DNA from: Malacoraja senta
Taxonomy: Eukaryota
Direction of reading: 5' to 3'
DNA: 64,000 nucleotides
Assembly: GCA_038087875.1 (NCBI GenBank)
Contig: CM075994.1
Span: forward strand, 2,358,001-2,422,000
The position numbers and the translations under genes were made by a program. The notes under the pieces were generated by a model, which was not told where the DNA came from, searched no databases, and saw nothing but the letters and a program-made list of their open reading frames with translations. The first letter of the stretch is position 1. The number at the start of each line of letters is the position of its first letter. Positions 13,579-24,410 of this stretch are shown in pieces.

Positions 13579-14458
13579 CAGGGCTCTCGCTTAACTTTTT
13601 TTCCCTGTTGCAAGCCGGGCAACCTTGGCAGATTTTTAGGTTTGCCAAATGACAGTTTAGGTGGTCATTTAAGATGGCTTGCATGATGCGTGCGATAATG
13701 TGCTCGGACGAAGTGCGTAGTTACCAGTCGGAATTATGCTCAATGAAGCATTCACATATTATTTCTGCTTCAAATAAAGTCACAAACTAAACATATTCAC
13801 CAATCAAGGCATGATATATCCCACAATGACATGCAGCAAAATTATAAGACAGTATCTCAACTCTTTTTACACATTGCAATGAATGCAATTTCTATTCGTT
13901 CTTTCCACTTCCAAACAAAAATGTGGTTGGATTATTCAGCGTATGATCAACCTGTGTCAATAAATCCTGGACCATGGTAACATAAATGCGTACGTATAGT
14001 TGTGAATGTTGCTCATTAAATAACTACAGTACTGATACTCCATATTAAGAGCATTGATTTGCCTTTAAAATGAATTCTGTAATAACGTGTCAGCGGCAGC
14101 AGTGACAATCGAACATTGCGGTTTTAATGTTTCACGTGTTCACAATTTAATTAATCCATCTTTATGGATTAAAACAAATAATAACATTGGGAATTAAATC
14201 ACATTTGATTGCATTCCGTTATCAAACATAGTCAATGTTTGCTCTGAAGACATTTCCAGCACAGTAGGGTCAGGGAGGGGGGTGTATGTGAATCAGTGCG
14301 GGGTGGATAGATGGCGGGTGTGGGGGGGGGGGGGTTAGAAGGCAGTCAGTGCAGAATGGATGGATTGAGGCAGGTGAATTAGTACGTGTTGGTTGGAGTA
14401 GGTAAAATTGTGAGGGGAGAGCACCGGGGATGTCAGTGGTGTTGAATGGGGGGGTTCA
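13579..14458. mobile_element. Probable hAT-type non-autonomous element, left end only
   Basis: Begins CAGGGCTCTCGCTTAACTTTTT, a hAT-like terminus, and runs into the assembly gap. The matching right TIR was not seen. Confidence 0.45.
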
Positions 14459-14658
14459 NNNNNNNNNNNNNNNNNNNNNNNNNNNNNNNNNNNNNNNNNN
14501 NNNNNNNNNNNNNNNNNNNNNNNNNNNNNNNNNNNNNNNNNNNNNNNNNNNNNNNNNNNNNNNNNNNNNNNNNNNNNNNNNNNNNNNNNNNNNNNNNNNN
14601 NNNNNNNNNNNNNNNNNNNNNNNNNNNNNNNNNNNNNNNNNNNNNNNNNNNNNNNNNN
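14459..14658. other. Assembly gap (200 N)
   Basis: Run of N. True distance and continuity across it are unknown. Confidence 1.
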
Positions 14659-15555
14659 ATTTTTACAATTTCGGTAGGGATTTATCTTATGTTCAGAAAT
14701 CCACTCCTTGGTTCAATTATTTCCCCAGATTTTCAATCTGGTGGAATGAGCGCGCCCCTCACATCCCCTGCGCACTCATTCCAGCTGTGAATTTCCAGAA
14801 GCCGGTGCTTCTTTGCTGCGAACGCTCGCTCCTGGGCGAACGCGGCTTGCCTTAGCGGCTTCAAAGGGCTGTTGTCAGCTGGCAGTTATCAACGGCTGCG
14901 GGCGTCGCGAGGCCGAGTTACGTCAACACCCCCGCTGGCATTTGGCTCTCTGACTCCTCCCTGTTCTGTGTTCCTCTCGATGAACGAGCGAGTTCTGCAG
15001 ATCCGGAGGACAGGCGAGATCCTGGGGAGGTCCTCCCCTCCACCCCTCCCCTGCCCCCTCCCCTCCACCCCTCCCCTGCCCCCTTCCCTCCACCCCATCC
15101 CCTCCCTCCCCTCCCCCTCCTTTACCCCCTTCCCTTCCCCCCATCTCAGCCCCCCTCTCACCCTCTCTCCTCCCCTCCTCCCATCTCTCTCACCCCTCCT
15201 CCCCCATCCTCCCTCTCCTCCTCCCCTCCACCACCTCTCCCTCTGTCTCTTGCCCTTCTGTCTCTGCCCCTTTCTCTTTGTCTCTCCCCATTCTCTCTCT
15301 GCTCTCACTCTCTACCTCCCCCCCTCCCTCTCTAGACGCGCCTGCGAGTTGGGGGCTATGCGTCAGTGGATAGGGCGGTTATCGGGTAAAAGGAGCAAAT
15401 TAATAATATTAATATAATATCAAGGGGGGTAGTTAGCATGTGTGCGGGGGGGTAGTTAGTGTGTATGACGCCGCATGCCACCCCCCCCAGCCCCCCCCCC
15501 TCCCCCGCAACCTCACGTTGGGGGAACAGACCCAACGGGTCTGCGCTTGGTCTAG
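14659..15555 (+). mobile_element. Non-autonomous Helitron (5' end lost in gap)
   Basis: 3' hairpin gacccaacgggtc followed by ...ttggtCTAG|T. The last ~220 bp are homologous to 16570-16779. Confidence 0.75.
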
Positions 15556-16779
15556 TTATAATATAAAACCCTGATCTTGGATGTTTACTTGTGAGGATGT
15601 TTGCTTGCTTGAACTTTTCCTTTGATTCACATCTCCTTGAAAACCCGACGCGGTAACGGTGACATTTTAAAGTATTCCCGTAGAGATTTACCTCATGATT
15701 TCAAAAATCCCCTCATTTGTAAATTTGATTCCTTATTTCCCGAGGTTTTTACTAAAATTGTTCACCAATCTCACATCTTTTTTGAAGTTAACGTACTGAA
15801 GCGAGCTGATGACGTCACAATGCCTCTGGTCCTCGCGGCAAGCTGCGCGGAGATTTCAACGCGCAGCCATGAGCTGTGAGTTATGTGGCCCAGCCGCCCT
15901 CCCCCCCCCCGAGCTCTGGATTGAAGCCGGTGAACACGTGCTCAAGTCGTGCAGCGCGCTCCGCTGGGCTCCTTCAAGTTCTACAACATGGCGACGGGGG
16001 TCGTTATCGCAGTGCGGGCGCGGACAACCGCGGTATAAAAGTGGCCATGGCGGCCGTCACAGAGGATGATCTCTCCCTCTCCCCCGCCCATTCGTCTGTC
16101 ACGCTGGTGGGTGGGCATCCCCTCGCGGAAGCCACGAATGGCCGGCCCTCCCCTGCTTTTCACCGTCCTCAGATCCTGTCCTGAAAGGGGGGTATGGAGA
16201 GGGGGGAGAGAAGAGGGAGGGAGTGGAGGAGGGAGTGGAGGAGCGGGGAGGAGAGGGAGGAGGAGGGGGGGAGGAGAGGGAGGAGGAGGGGGGGAGAGGG
16301 AGGAGAGGGAAGAGTGGGCCCTGCCTCCCTGACCCCCTCCCTGACCCCCTCCTCTCTGCGCCCCCCTTCCCCTCTGCCCCCTCCCTCTCTGCCCCCTCCC
16401 TCTCTGCCCCCCCACCCTCCCTCTGTAGGGAGTGGTGAATATTGGGACCTACGAGTGAGTGGTGGAGTATTGCGTTCGGGAACCAGCCCTCCCCTTGACG
16501 CAGCTCCACCCCTTCACCCCTCAATCTCTACCCCCCTCCCTCTCTACCCCCTCCCCCTTCACCCCCCCTATCTAGCCGCGCCTGCGCAGTTGGTGGTTAT
16601 GCATGATGGGGATGGGGTAAAAGGAGCGAATGAATAATATTAATATAATATCAAGGGGGTGGGGGTTAGTGTGTGTGTGTGGGGAGGGGGGGTGGTTAGT
16701 GTGTGTGTGTGATGCCGAAGGCCGCCCCCCGCAACCACGCGTTGAGGGGACGGGACCCAACGGGTCCCCCTTGGTCTAG
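15556..16779 (+). mobile_element. Non-autonomous Helitron, tandem to the previous copy
   Basis: AT-rich start tataatataaaaccctgatc, a 3' hairpin gggacccaacgggtccc, then ttggtCTAG|T. No TSD. GC/CpG-rich interior with purine and pyrimidine tracts. Confidence 0.78.
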
Positions 16780-17869
16780 TTTGGTTTTAATTTTAACACA
16801 GATCAGGGAACAGTACCGCACAAGAACAGATTCTTGTGCCCAAAATGTCCATGCTAAATATAATGCCAATTTAAACTAATCCCCTCTCCATATCCATGTG
16901 CCTATCCAAAAGCCTCTTGAATGACACAATTGTGTCTGCCTCCACCACCAACTCTAGCAGCACCTTCCAGACACCCACAAAAAAAACACAAAAAAAAACC
17001 CACACACCTCCTTTATTAGGAAGAGTGTAAATTGTTATTGGGAGAAGGCAGGAGAATGGGGTTGAGAGGGAAAGATAGATCAGCCTTGATTGAATGGCAG
17101 AGTTGACTTGATGGGCCAAAAGGCCTGATTATGTTCCTATGACTTATGAACTTAAAATGTATCCCTCTTACCTTAAGGCTATGCCCTCTAGTCCGTGACA
17201 TTTCCACCCTGAGACAAACGTTTTGGCGGTCTTCCCGATCTACTTCCTTCATAACTTTATATACTTCTATCAGGTCTTCTCTCAGCCTCCGATGCTCCAG
17301 TGAAAATGTTGGAGTCTTTTGCTGGTCTGAAGGTTCTCGTTACAGTTTGTGGGTGGTGCGGCGGTAGAGTTGCTGTCTTACAGCGCCAGAGACCTGGGTT
17401 CGATCCTGACTACGGGTGCTGTCTGTATGGAGTATGTATGTTCCGCCCGTGACCTGCGTAGGTTTTTCTCCGGGATCTCCAGTTCCTCCCACACTCCAAA
17501 GACGTACAGGTTTGTAGGCTAATTGGTTTGGTATACATGTAAATTGTCCATAGATTGTAGGATAGTGTTGGTGTGCATGGATTGCTGGTCGGCTCGGACT
17601 CAGTGGGCGAACGGCCAGTTTCCGCGCTATATCTCTAAAGTAAACTAAACCATATAGTTCACCAGGGTGAAACAAATAGTCAAAGTGTTCAAACATTGCA
17701 ACACTATCTACTGTAAAAGACAGTCTTTGAAAGACATTCACATTCAGTACAGTTAGATAGTGCTACTTGCAACCTCAGTCACTCAGATGACAGTTGTCTG
17801 TGAGCCTTTGGATATCCGTCACCACCACGTCATCACTCATTCACTGGACTTACAGAAAGTAGCCCTTCC

Positions 17870-18122
17870 ACAATAACCTAGCCCCACTCTACAATACCCA
17901 ATGTTCAACAATGAGACCCTGGTAAACAAGAACCATTATTCATATCCCAGGAGCCGTCTCTCAGCCAAGGCAAACAACAATGATGAAATGCACCATCACC
18001 TCCACCTCCAGTGCAGTAGCATGGCTTTTGACCATCTGGGGAAGAGGATGTTTAATGAGACCTCAAACCCTGTATAAAATGGACGGACTACCTGGCAGCA
18101 AGGATCCCTGCCCTCCTGTACA
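17870..18122 (+). mobile_element. Old RTE-clade LINE fragment
   Basis: Degenerate translation resembles the RTE RT C-terminal part (RLSAKA..DEMHHHL..AF..LGKRMF..IPALLY). Confidence 0.55.
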
Positions 18123-18144
18123 CAAGAAATTGATATGCTTCAAT

Positions 18145-19450
18145 ATTAGTCACAGGTGAGGTGACGGAAGACTGGAGGCAGGCTAATGTTATGCATTTAT
18201 TTAAGAAGGGCTGAGAATTTCAAAGAAAAAACTATAAGCCAGTAAGTCTAACATCAAATAGGTAGGCAAATAACTGGATTACAGAGGGAAGGTTAACAGC
18301 TTTGTGTGGGAGATTATATCTCACAAATTTGATTGCCTTTTTTGAAGAAATAACCAAGAAGTTTGATGAAGGCAGGGCAGTAGATATGGACTCTATGGAC
18401 GTCAGCAAGGTCTTTGATAAGGTTCTATTTGGTAAGCTGCTTTGAAAGGTTAGATCACATGACATCCAGAGAAAGCTAGGCAATTGGTGTGAGAATGTAT
18501 AAGCCATGGCTAGTAAGTTTGCAATTGACACTAAAATAGGTGGTATTGTACATAATGTGGAAGATTATCAAGAATTACAGCATGATCCTGATGTTGGGTA
18601 GATCAGCCAAGTGAAGGCAAATGGCGTTTAATGCAGATAAGTGTGATGCGTTGCATTTTAGGAAGTCAAACTAGGGTAAGACCTTCACAGTGAACAGTAG
18701 GGCCCTGGGGAGTGTTGTAGAGCATAGGGCTACAAGTCTGAAGAAGGGACCCGACTTGAAACATCACCCATCCATTTTCTCCAGAGATGCTGCCTGACCC
18801 ACTGAGTTACTCTAGCACTTTGAGTTTTTGCAGAATGTGGGAATGGGGACCTTCTTAGGGACTATAAATACATAGTTTCCTGAAAGCGGCATTCCAGATA
18901 GACAGGGTGGTGAAGAGTTTTGGCACACTGGCCTTCATTAATCAGGAAATTGAGAAATGTAGTTGGGATGTCATGGGGCAGTTGTACAAAAATATTTGTG
19001 TGGCCACACTTGTAGTATTGTGTTCAGTTTTAGTCACCCTGTTATAGGATAGAAGCTTACGCTGGAAAGATTTACATGGATGTTGTCAGTACTCAAAGGA
19101 TATAGTTGGGCAAGCGAGGGATTAATTCCATGGCAAGTAGGGGGGGGGGCAGGGGGGGGGGGGGACAGGTATCTTTTTAGAAGTGTATAAAATCATGAGG
19201 GGAATTGATAGAATGAACACACAATGTGTTTTTCACAGGGTAGATGAATCAAGAATTAGAGGGCACGGGCTCAAGATTTCACCCGAGGGGCAGATTTTTC
19301 ACAGAGGGGGTTGGGCATATGGAATGGGCTGTCAACAGCATTTAAAAGACATTTGGATGGATAGATGGAGAGGAAATATTTCGAGATATACTAGGCATGT
19401 GGGATAGAATAGCTGAGGCGTCTTGGTTAGCACAGAGGAGTTGGGCCAAC
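18145..19450 (+). mobile_element. Degenerate CR1 LINE, interrupted by a Penelope pLTR piece (~18735-18820)
   Basis: Remnants of EDWRQANV, AVDMD.MDVSKVFDKV and the CR1 3' UTR. Confidence 0.75.
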
Positions 19451-19736
19451 AGCAGACATAAGGAACTGAAGGTGTTGTTTACAAAATGACACAAAGTGCT
19501 GGAGTAGCTCAGTAGGTCAGACAACCTTTCTGGAAAACATGGATAGGCGATGTTTCTGGATGGGACCCTTCTTCAGTGTTTCCATGTTGTATGACTCCTT
19601 GAACCCCCTGACATTTAACTGATGGAGTGGGCTGGGAGAAGAGCCGTAAGTCCATATAATAGGTGTGCAGAATTAATAGGAGGAGGACATCACCTCCCAA
19701 TCTATCCACCCACCTCCCAATCTATCCACCCAACTC

Positions 19737-19790
19737 CCCCCTGCCCCCTGCCCCCTGCCCCCTGCCCCCTGCCCCTGCCCCTGCCCCTGC
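19737..19790. repeat. (CCCC(C)TG)n simple repeat
   Basis: About 8 units of ccccctg/cccctg, G-rich on the minus strand. Confidence 0.9.
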
Positions 19791-19826
19791 AGTACAACGG
19801 ATCATGGGCGTCTGAACTCTTCCCAC

Positions 19827-20145
19827 CTCTGCTGATGGACGAGGATCCACGACAGGTACTTCACGCCACGCACTTCCTGCCTCCTGGTGACGAACGCCGA
19901 GGCGCGCCCAGGGTTTTATAGCGGGCTATTTTAAAGCTTGAATTCCATTGGTGGACCGGGTCTGAGCGGTGGCTGCGCCCATTAGACGGCCTGGGGTCTT
20001 GGCAGAGACTCCGCTCATTGGCGGCCTGGGGCTGCGCCCATTGGTGGGCGGGGAATGGAGGCGGGGCCTAGTGGAGAGGGCGGGGCCTCGCCCAGGTGTC
20101 GGCCGGGTTCCGGGCCTGATTCACCGCCCGTCGCCATGGTTACAG
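19827..20145 (-). promoter_or_regulatory. CpG-rich promoter (TATA/CCAAT/GC boxes) with putative short non-coding first exon of an unidentified leftward transcript
   Basis: Minus-strand TATAAAA at 19914-19920. CCAAT at 19947, 20017 and 20040, plus CTAAT at 19981. GC boxes at 20046, 20058 and 20078. ETS GGAAGTG at 19871-19877. Possible donor GAG|GTGGGA at 19827/19826. Confidence 0.7.
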
Positions 20146-20214
20146 TGTTTGTGTTCCCTCTGCCCCTCTCTCCCCACCCCATAGCGCCGGCAGCGTCCCC
20201 GTCTGCTTGCAGGA

Positions 20215-20472
20215 GTGGAGGGAGAGAAGAGATGAGGGAGAAGGTGAAGAGGGGGAGAGAAAGGACGAGGGAGAGAGAAGGGGGAGAGGAGGGGAAGGAA
20301 TGAGGATGAGGGGAGGAAGGGAGGGGAGGAGCAAAGGAGAAAGGGTGAGGGAAAAAAAGGGAGTGAAGGGATGAGGAAGAGGGGAGAGTAGTACGGGAGG
20401 GAGGGGAAGGGTAGATATATGGAGAGAAGAGAGGGGGGTGGGAGGGGGAGAGAGTCCTGGTGGGGTGGGGGA
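20215..20472 (+). repeat. Purine-rich (GA/GGA) low-complexity tract
   Basis: Almost exclusively A/G, next to the CpG promoter. Confidence 0.85.
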
Positions 20473-20784
20473 AGTATTTAATATCTTATAAACATAGTGT
20501 TTATATCTGATTCTGTCACTTCCTCTGATAGAACATTCCAGATATCAACCTCTCTGTTTGAAAAAACTCAGGTCATTATTGATTCCTTCGCTCAAGTGTA
20601 GGAGAAGATCTGGAAGATGAAGCTGCTTCTCTAACTCGCCCCTAGTGCCAACACCTCCCCATAAATCACTGTGTACTTTCCATCTAATGGAACAGAGTGA
20701 CGGGATTGAGGGCCTGATCTATAGGGAGAGGTTGTCACAGGTTCAGCCATGGATGAATGGCGGAGTAGACTCGATGGGCGGTCG

Positions 20785-21245
20785 AGGTGGCACAGCGGTA
20801 GAGTTGCTGCCTTACAGCAAAATGCAGCGCCAGAGACCCGGGTTAGATCCCGACTACGGGTGCTGTCTGTATGGAGTTTGTACGTTCTCACCGTGATCTG
20901 CGTGGGTTTTCTCCGAGATCTTCGGTTTCCTCCCACACTCCAAACACGTACAGGTTTGTAGGTTGTGTTAAAGAAGGAACTGCAGATGCTGGAAAATCGA
21001 AGGTACACAAAAATGCTGGAGAAACTCAGCGGGTGCAGCAGCATCTATGGAGCGAAGGAAACAGGTAACGTTTCGGGCCGAAACCCATCTTCAGACTGAA
21101 GAAGGGTTTCGGCCCGAAACGTTACCTGTTTCCTTCGCTCCATAGATGCTGCTGCACCCGCTGAGTTTTTCCAGCATTTTTGTGTACCCAGGTTTGTAGG
21201 TTAATTGGCTTGATTAATTGGCTTGATAAAAATGTAAAATTGTCC
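20785..21245 (+). mobile_element. HE1-like V-SINE split by a Penelope fold-back insertion
   Basis: tRNA-like head (gtggcacagcggtagagttgctgcc...ggttagatccc) and V-core (ggagtttgtacgttctc...ggtttcctcccacactccaaa). Confidence 0.85.
20965..21188. mobile_element. Fold-back Penelope pLTR element with two head-to-head minimal hammerhead cores
   Basis: Near-perfect inverted arms centred on 21095. CTGAAGA-stem-GAAACGT is present on both strands. The 14-bp TSD caggtttgtaggtt is at 20951-20964 and 21189-21202. Confidence 0.88.
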
Positions 21246-22613
21246 AAGTTGGCGATATGCAGAGTACTGCCCTGCCGACTACAAAATTCAGAAGGTTCAT
21301 AAGGATGGGCCAAATGGTTATTCTGCTCATATGACTTATGAACTTATGAAGATTGGGCAGGCTGGGACTCTATTCCTTGGAGAGGTGATCTGAGAAAGAG
21401 AAAGGTGTATATGATCATGAGGGGAAAAGATAATGTGAATGCACAGATTCTTTTACCCAGAGCAGGGGAATCAAGAACCAGAGGACATACTGTAGGTTTG
21501 AGGTAAGAGGGGAAATATTTAATAGGAACCTGAGGGGCAACCTTTTTCACTATGGTTAAATGAAACGAGCTGCCAGAGAAGGTAGTTGAGCCTGGTGCTA
21601 TAACAACATTTAGAAGAGTTGGACCGGTACATAGATAGGAAATGTTCAGAGGGATATGGAAGAATCGGGGGAAGGTGGGACGTGTAGATTGGGCATGTTG
21701 GTCGGTGTGGCAGGTTGGGCTGAAGGGCCTGTTTCCACACTGTATGACTCTATTTTGGTCAGATTAGGTAAGTTGGGCTGTATGACTGTATGACTAATTT
21801 GTGGCCAACCCAGTGGGTGGATGGGCACCAGGATTCCCTTTGGAACCAGTGGCTACACGATAATCCAGACCAATGGTGTCTGCACAAAGCACGCTGAGAG
21901 GTAGGAACAGAAGGACACAAAGTGCTGGAGTAATTCAGCAGGTCAGGCAGCATCTCTCAAGAAGATGGATACATGATGTTTTGGGTGGAGACCCTTCTTT
22001 AGACTCTTCAGATCGGGACCCTTCTTCAGACTGACTCGAAATGTCACCTATCCATGTTCTCCAGAGATGCTGCCTGACCTGCTGAGTAACACTAGCACTT
22101 TGTCTCTTTTTGTGTATTAACCAGCATCTGCTTTCCTTGTTTTTAAGTGGGAACAGATTGGCAAGCTGGTGTATAAGCTGGAAACGTTAGTGTTCAGAGT
22201 GGTTTCAATATTCTTGACATTGGCCTACAGTAATAGGTAGCTGGAATATAAGAATAAGCAAGTGTTACCACAGTTGTGGAGGCCTTTGATCAGGTCACAC
22301 CGGGTTTCTCTTCTTACTTGAGAAATATTTACTTGCCTCAGAGAATGCAAAGAGGATCTAGGCTTGTTCCTGGGAGATCAGGGCTAGTCTTTTAAGAGGG
22401 GTTTGGAATTGGCCACATTTATAAGATTTAATAGGAAACAAATGTGTAAAATTCTTCGAGAGTTGGCAGGATAGTTTTATGTTTGTTTATTATTGTCACC
22501 ATGGTAAACTTTTTTTTTTGCATAATATCCAAACAGATCAGATACAGCATAATAGATACAATCAGTTCAAACTCCAGTGCAATAGATAGAGCAAAGGGGA
22601 AGATATTGAGTGC

Positions 22614-24410
22614 AAATCAAATCAAAAATCAAAAACTTTATTTGCCATTTGTGCTTACACACATAGGAACTCTTGTGCGGTTGTTCAGAGAGTCAAGTCA
22701 AGTCAAGTTAAAAAGACACACAGAAAGACACATAATCTATAAACTATAAACACATATACTATGATATGTTATGAGGTGGGTCAGGACATCAGTTCATTTT
22801 GTTTTGGCCAAGAGTCTCAATGTGGCAGGGAAGAAGCTCTTGAAAAAGTGTGTTCTGTTTGTGGCGATGCTGTCTGCTCGTCTGTGCCTGAGGTTGTATG
22901 TGCAGTTTTTGTGTTTGAGCTGGGAGTGAGCTGGATGTAGTGTGTCTCTGATGATTCTCTCTGCTCTTTTTTGACAGCGCTGTGTGTAGATTGTTTCCAT
23001 GGAGGGAAGTTCCGTTCTGATAATCCTCTCTGCAGTCTTTATGACTCTTTGCAGAGCCTTCCTCTCTGTCTGTGTGGTGTTTCCATACCACACCGTAATG
23101 CCTGTGGTGAGGATGCTCTCTATCAGTCCTTTGTAGACCTGGGTGAGAGGGCGACAGTGCAGACCAGCTTTTCTGAGCAGCCTGATGAAGTACAGTCTCT
23201 GCTGGGCTTTTTTCACTGTTGCGGCAGTGTTCACAGTCCAGTTCAGATCTGATGTTACTTGTAATCCCAGGTATCTGTAACTGTCAGCCCTCTCCACCAC
23301 AGTCCCCTTGATGATGAGGGGCTGCAGGGGGGGGTGGATTTTTTCTGAAGTCCATTATTATTTCTCTTGTCTTGTATGTGTTGAGGCTTAGGTCGTTCAC
23401 CTCACCATAGGCAAGAATGTCATTCACCAGATTCCTGTAGCCCGACTCGTCACCCCCCTTGATGAGGCCCAGGATGGTGGTGTCATCCGCATACTTAATA
23501 ATGATGGTATTTTCCTGGGTGGAGACACAGTCGTGTGTGTACAGGGTGAAAAGTTTGGGACTGAGACAGCAGCCTTGTGGTGATCCTGTGCTGACAGTGA
23601 GCTCTGCAGACACCCTCCTTCCCATCCTCACCACCTGTGGTCTTTCAGTCAGGAAATCCAAGATCCAGTTGCAGGTGGAAGTCGGGACGCCGAGGTCTGT
23701 CAGCTTCTCAATCAGCCTGCCCGGGCGAATGGTATTAAAAGCCGAACTGTAATCCAGGAACAGCGTTCTGACGTATGTTCCTCTGCTGTCCAGGTGTTGC
23801 AGGATGTGGTGTAGAGCAATGGCCACTGCGTCGTCCACTGAGCGGTTGGGGCGGTAGGCGAACTGCAGGGGGTCGATCGTGCCCGGGACCATGTGATTGA
23901 TATGTGTGAGAACCAGTTTTTCTAAACACTTCATGGCAACTGGCGTGAGTGCCACTGGCCTGAAGTCATTCAGGGTGGATGGATTTGTTTTTTTTGGAAC
24001 TGGTACGATGGTGGAAAATTTAAAAATACGGGGGACCACTGCTTGGTTTAAAGACAGATTGAAGATGTCTACATACACTCCAGTGAGTTGTTCTGCACAG
24101 GCCTTCAGAACTTTAGGAGGGACGCCATCTGGTCCCACAGCCTTGTGGGGGTTCACCTGCCTCAGAGCTTTCAGGACTTGTATGGGTGTCACCTGAAAAA
24201 CAGTGTCCGTGGGGTTGCAGGGGGCTTTTGAGGGGGTGTCTGTGTTCAGTCTGTCAAACCTGGTGTAGAAGGTATTAAGGCTGTCTGGGAGGGTGACATC
24301 CTGGGGGTCTGTGGTTGGTACTGTTTTCTTGTAGTTTGTGACTGCTTGGATTCCCTGCCACATACTGCGTGTGTTGTTACTTAGGTAAAAGCTTTCAATA
24401 TAGTTATCAG
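22614..24410 (-). mobile_element. Rex1/Babar LINE, 5'-truncated, RT domain nearly intact
   Basis: ORFs 23284-24438 and 22794-23300 carry GPDGVP, LNDFRPVALTP, DPLQFAYRPNRSVDDA, LDYSSAFNTI and YADDT. There is one frameshift at a G run (~23327-23334). The 3' end has aataaa and a (ttgat)-type tail at about 22614-22645. Confidence 0.92.

Noticed and set aside
14872..16760. Pro- and Gly/Arg-rich ORFs and apparent CpG island
   Set aside because: Low-complexity translations inside Helitron-like elements, not a host gene.
17776..17837. C/D-box snoRNA-like motif pair (GTGATGA...CTGA) on the minus strand
   Set aside because: Short spacing, weak terminal stem, no clear C'/D' boxes and no rRNA-complementary guide that I recognise.
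20136..20303. Kozak-like gtcgccATGG as a plus-strand start codon
   Set aside because: The downstream frame runs into a low-complexity purine tract with no donor or recognisable protein. The motif is better read as X-box-like.
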